NCBI GenBank assembly: GCA_026391215.1
Contig: JAPLDX010000056.1
Location: 1-64,000 of the forward strand
Source: Bacteroidia bacterium
GTDB taxonomy: Bacteria; Bacteroidota; Bacteroidia; Bacteroidales; VadinHA17
Reading direction: 5' to 3'
Length of the DNA stretch: 64,000 nucleotides
This document shows, one piece after another, positions 60,459 to 64,000 of the stretch (positions within the stretch are counted from its first letter, which is position 1; each line of letters opens with the position of its first letter). The notes under the pieces are model-generated. The model was not told where the DNA came from and searched no databases. It worked only from the letters and a program-made list of their open reading frames with translations. Both the position numbers and the translations under genes were made by a program.

Positions 60459-62213
60459 TTATTGTTTAATTATTGAACTTCTCTCACCAATACCGTTTTC
60501 ATTAATCGCCTCAATGGCAAAATAATATAGTTTTTCCTTATCCATAGTTTTCAGCCAGTATTCATTTGCATTGTATACCATTATACAGTTATACAGCTTG
60601 TCAGGGGTAATACCTATGTAAATATTGTATGCATAGGCATTATCAACTCTGTTCCACTTTATCCATGCGCTTCGTTTGTCTTTCTCGGTCCTCAGCACTG
60701 TAAATCCTGTAACAGATGAAGGCGCCTGGCCTGTTCCTTGGCCAAAGACTCTGAATCCGCTGATGCTGAATTTACCTGTGGGCATATGCAGATTTTCCAG
60801 TTTGAGGTATCTCGTCTGAACAGGCCTGGGCAATTCAACATAGTCATGAGGTACATCTGCCATGTTTTTGCTTTTGTCAACCAGAATATTCCACTTTTTA
60901 CCGTCCTTTGATTCAAGTATCCTGTACTGATGATATACTTCGGTTGATTTTCCGAGAAATTCAGCATCCTGGTCCGCATAGTTGATCTGGATTGCCATTA
61001 CTGTTGATATTGTGCCAAGATCAGACTGCATCCATTCGCCGGGATTACCCGTTTCAGCGCTCCAGTATGTTTTAATATCCTCATCTACTGCAAAGTTGGA
61101 ATAATAACTTCCATATGTGGATGATACCATGACAGGTTTGTTGAAATTAAGCAGCATCCAGCCGGTGAAACGGCTCTTAAGATGATCTTCTGTTCCGTCA
61201 GGCAGGTACGTCGGATAATCCCCGAATGCCTGGTTGCAGAACATTATACCGTCTTGATCAAAACCGGCCGGCCAGATGCCAATCCTCCGCTCAAAATTAT
61301 TCTTTACTGAAATTGCTATTGTTGATACATGCCAGTAGTTCTTCCAGTTATCCTGGAATGTCGCACCATGCCCTGCCCCTCTGGCAAATCCGCCGGGCTT
61401 ATAGCTGAAAGGCATCGATTGAGGAGAAAAATATCCCAAGGGATCATCGCCAACCACAACTCCGTCGGCATACCCGCTGAATTCAGTTCCGGGAGCACCG
61501 TATTGCAGGTAATATCTGCCGTTATGTTTTGTCATCCAGGCGCCTTCAATGAATGGATCAAGAAAAGTATCATCATAGTTCTCACCGAAACGCTGCCATC
61601 CATAGCGCCATGGCTCAAGCATGTACATCTCTTTTCTTGTACCGGCAGGCTGTAATGTCTTCCTGTTCAGTTCAATGCCATAAACAGGGTATTTGTTGCT
61701 GCTTCCGTTGTACATGTATAATTTCCCATTATCGTCAGTGAAAAATGCAGGATCCCAACCACCGATTTCGAAAGAATCTATCAGTGGCTTCCAGATATTG
61801 TTTTTCGGATCCGTGCTCATCCAGATTGAAAAAGTCCTGGTATAGGTTGATCCAAAGACCAGCATCGTATCGCTTATTATCCCAACAGCCGGAGCGCACA
61901 GCTCGTCATAGCTGTTGTTCCATGGCCGCAAAAATCTTCTGGAAATATATTTCCATTTAAGCAAATCGCTGCTCCACCAGTATCCCCACTGATTTGTCGA
62001 AAAGAGATAATAATCACCTTTATAATTTACGATAACCGGATCAGCTGTAGCCCTGTGTTTGCCAGCCGCTGTGTAATCCGGAATAGGTGTATATCCATAG
62101 TCAATATTGACTGGGTTGCAATACGTAGTCTGCTTCTGGGCAAAAAGCGGACCTGACAGGCTCAAAAATATTGAAACCGACAGAATTGAATATTTTATAT
62201 TTCTCATTATCAA
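60459..62213 (-). CDS. GH43 glycoside hydrolase with F5/8-type C (CBM32-like) and Fn3-like domains
   Basis: TYCNP, ADPV, CAPA, WDP.FF.DD.GK.Y, FIEGAW, GAGHG; discoidin-like C-terminal region. Confidence 0.9.
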   Translation of the reverse strand: MIMRNIKYSILSVSIFLSLSGPLFAQKQTTYCNPVNIDYGYTPIPDYTAAGKHRATADPVIVNYKGDYYLFSTNQWGYWWSSDLLKWKYISRRFLRPWNNSYDELCAPAVGIISDTMLVFGSTYTRTFSIWMSTDPKNNIWKPLIDSFEIGGWDPAFFTDDNGKLYMYNGSSNKYPVYGIELNRKTLQPAGTRKEMYMLEPWRYGWQRFGENYDDTFLDPFIEGAWMTKHNGRYYLQYGAPGTEFSGYADGVVVGDDPLGYFSPQSMPFSYKPGGFARGAGHGATFQDNWKNYWHVSTIAISVKNNFERRIGIWPAGFDQDGIMFCNQAFGDYPTYLPDGTEDHLKSRFTGWMLLNFNKPVMVSSTYGSYYSNFAVDEDIKTYWSAETGNPGEWMQSDLGTISTVMAIQINYADQDAEFLGKSTEVYHQYRILESKDGKKWNILVDKSKNMADVPHDYVELPRPVQTRYLKLENLHMPTGKFSISGFRVFGQGTGQAPSSVTGFTVLRTEKDKRSAWIKWNRVDNAYAYNIYIGITPDKLYNCIMVYNANEYWLKTMDKEKLYYFAIEAINENGIGERSSIIKQ

Positions 62214-62364
62214 AATTATAGAAGAATTATTTTTTCGATTTTCTTAAAGGTAAAAAATAGTCAACTGATTAATGCTATTGCCTGTGAAAGCACGACTTTC
62301 AACAATGATCTATATGTTATAAGAAAAGGGCAGTGAAAGTAAGGGAGAAAGGATATTAATTATC

Positions 62365-63252
62365 TTATTTCAGGAAATACCTTAGTCCCAGACTTAAACC
62401 AATTGCCTGAACACTGGCTCCCGAGCTTCCTTCCAGAAGACTGTTCATTTCATCGGCTTTTGAGGATATCATGAAGTTTGGATCCGGACCAGAAGATAAA
62501 ATATTTGAAAGCGCCCTGTTATAATGGCCGCCAATAAGAACCTGCATTTTTTTACTTAAAGAAACAAAGACACTGCCTGAAGCATTAACTGAAAGGCTGA
62601 AAGGTTTCAGCTCCAAATCACCTGTTGCAGTAGTAGGTACATTGCTTGGGAAATAAACCGGTATATCTGAAAGGGTCACATTGTATGTTGCATAATATCC
62701 GGAATAAGAAAATTTTCCGCTTCCATCATAACTTTTAACCAGAGGTATATCAAACCCAATCCCTCCCTGCAGGCAAAAACCAATTTTACCCTCAGCAGGA
62801 AATCGTAGTGATAAGCCCACCGGAATATGAATGTAACCGATCTTATTGTTTTCAACGATTGAAGATCCATTGATGGTCATTACATAAGATTCGTTTTCGG
62901 AATCTTTTGTAGAATAATTATCAGACCATGAAACAAGAGACAGTTGCGACGAGAAGCCGCTATATCCGATTCCAAAGCTTATTCCGGCTGCCCTGGAAAA
63001 GAAATAATCCAGATCCAGAGCCCCATGCAATGATTTTCCGCCACTGGTGCTTAACTCTGATAAGCCAGCTATTTCTCCTGATGAGACTTTGGTCATCGAT
63101 GGATTCAGGTAAATGGTCATACATAGCTTATTCATCTGTCCTCCCGCACGCTTTCTTGATTCGGTACCTTGCGGGAACAATGCTGTATTAAGCGCGGTCA
63201 GCAAGAAGAACAACAGGAAAAAATACTTGCTATTTGATGCTATATTCTTCAT
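62365..63252 (-). CDS. Outer-membrane beta-barrel protein (PorT/OMP_b-brl_2-like)
   Basis: ATG 63252 gives a signal peptide; GISFGIGY, YIHIPV.L, terminal GLSLGLRYF. Confidence 0.75.
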   Translation of the reverse strand: MKNIASNSKYFFLLFFLLTALNTALFPQGTESRKRAGGQMNKLCMTIYLNPSMTKVSSGEIAGLSELSTSGGKSLHGALDLDYFFSRAAGISFGIGYSGFSSQLSLVSWSDNYSTKDSENESYVMTINGSSIVENNKIGYIHIPVGLSLRFPAEGKIGFCLQGGIGFDIPLVKSYDGSGKFSYSGYYATYNVTLSDIPVYFPSNVPTTATGDLELKPFSLSVNASGSVFVSLSKKMQVLIGGHYNRALSNILSSGPDPNFMISSKADEMNSLLEGSSGASVQAIGLSLGLRYFLK

Positions 63253-63274
63253 ATTATAATAATTGCTTAAGTAA

Positions 63275-64000
63275 CTATTTAATAACAACAATTTTTGAAG
63301 TGCTGAATAGTTCATTATTGACCAGGACTTCAATTGTATACGTCCCGCTTTGCAGCCCGGGCAGAGCAATTTCGCTATCAAGCTTAAAGTCCAGCTTCTC
63401 GGTCTGAAGTTCAATAACTTTGACCCCGGTCGAATTGTAAAATCTTATCAATGTTCTTCCGTAATCATCGCCGCTGATGCTCAAAGTTATATTCTTACTG
63501 GCCGGATTCGGATATACATATGCCGACTTTGTTCCTGTAATATTAATTGCAGCTGAAGGATTCTGACATCCGTTTTTATCAGTTGCCCAAACATAATAAC
63601 TTCCCGGCGATTTGGCAGTCACATAATATTGCTTTGTTGCGCCGGAAATTGCAATTCCTCCCTTAAACCACTGCCAGCTTGTCAATGAATCACCGACGTT
63701 ATAGCAGATAAGCACATTGTTCCATTTTGCCTTTATTTTAGGAACAACACCTTTTTTCACTTTTGCTGAAACTTCACTGCTGTAAGAACTGGCCATACCC
63801 ACTGTATTCACGGCTGTTACACGGAAATAATAAGTGACTCCGGGTGTTAATCCTGAAATTGTTTTGGCAACACTTGAGATTGTGGACGTGGAGTCAATTT
63901 TTGTAGTTGGACTGGCGGATGTTCCTCCAAAAATAATGTACCGGAGGAAATTCGCATCTGTGATTGCTGTCCAGCTCAGAGTAACCAGGTTATTGCATGA
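63275..64000 (-). CDS. C-terminal part of a T9SS type A substrate with Fn3 and Ig-like domains (starts beyond window)
   Basis: Frame open to the window edge: VTLSWT...ISGLTPGVTYYFRVTAVN (Fn3), WQWFK.G..I.GAT, CTD VYPNPA...SGTY...KIVV. Confidence 0.88.
   Translation of the reverse strand, partial: SCNNLVTLSWTAITDANFLRYIIFGGTSASPTTKIDSTSTISSVAKTISGLTPGVTYYFRVTAVNTVGMASSYSSEVSAKVKKGVVPKIKAKWNNVLICYNVGDSLTSWQWFKGGIAISGATKQYYVTAKSPGSYYVWATDKNGCQNPSAAINITGTKSAYVYPNPASKNITLSISGDDYGRTLIRFYNSTGVKVIELQTEKLDFKLDSEIALPGLQSGTYTIEVLVNNELFSTSKIVVIK

Noticed and set aside
58214-62213. Polysaccharide utilisation locus
   Set aside because: GH43-GH3 pair without susC/susD or a regulator in this window
63253-63414. 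5' extension of the 349-aa barrel ORF, and similar extensions at 3396, 16783, 20607, 39555, 41471, 46326
   Set aside because: They overlap upstream genes, promoters or intergenic DNA; downstream ATGs give cleaner N-termini

Overview
AT-rich, gene-dense chromosomal segment of a Bacteroidota bacterium, most likely a free-living Bacteroidales-type anaerobe (TAnnTTTG promoters, T9SS genes, Gln after signal peptides). Mostly core genome: folC, PIN-PhoH, mtaB, suhB, murF, a gldJ/porP-like // porU-porV-ispF T9SS locus, hutU, a Nif3/MerR/CapA/2xM23 operon divergent from alaS, recR, rlmN, dcp, tRNA-Ser(CGA), GH20, GH3 and GH43 hydrolases. I see no prophage, transposase, integrase or CRISPR array. Best candidate for an undescribed system: the minus-strand operon 54649-58026, with an Ala/Lys-rich helical lipoprotein, a terminator, and three membrane-anchored L,D-transpeptidase (YkuD)-family genes. 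One carries a paralogous copy of the lipoprotein as its stalk and is frameshifted here, one looks canonical, one lacks the catalytic residues. This suggests a Braun-lipoprotein-like envelope tether (inference). Second candidate: four tandem TPR/PD40 (PorE-like) paralogs, each with a different C-terminal anchor. Several REP/REPIN-like palindromes and a structured element beside the tRNA are also present. All calls are by eye; no database searches were run.
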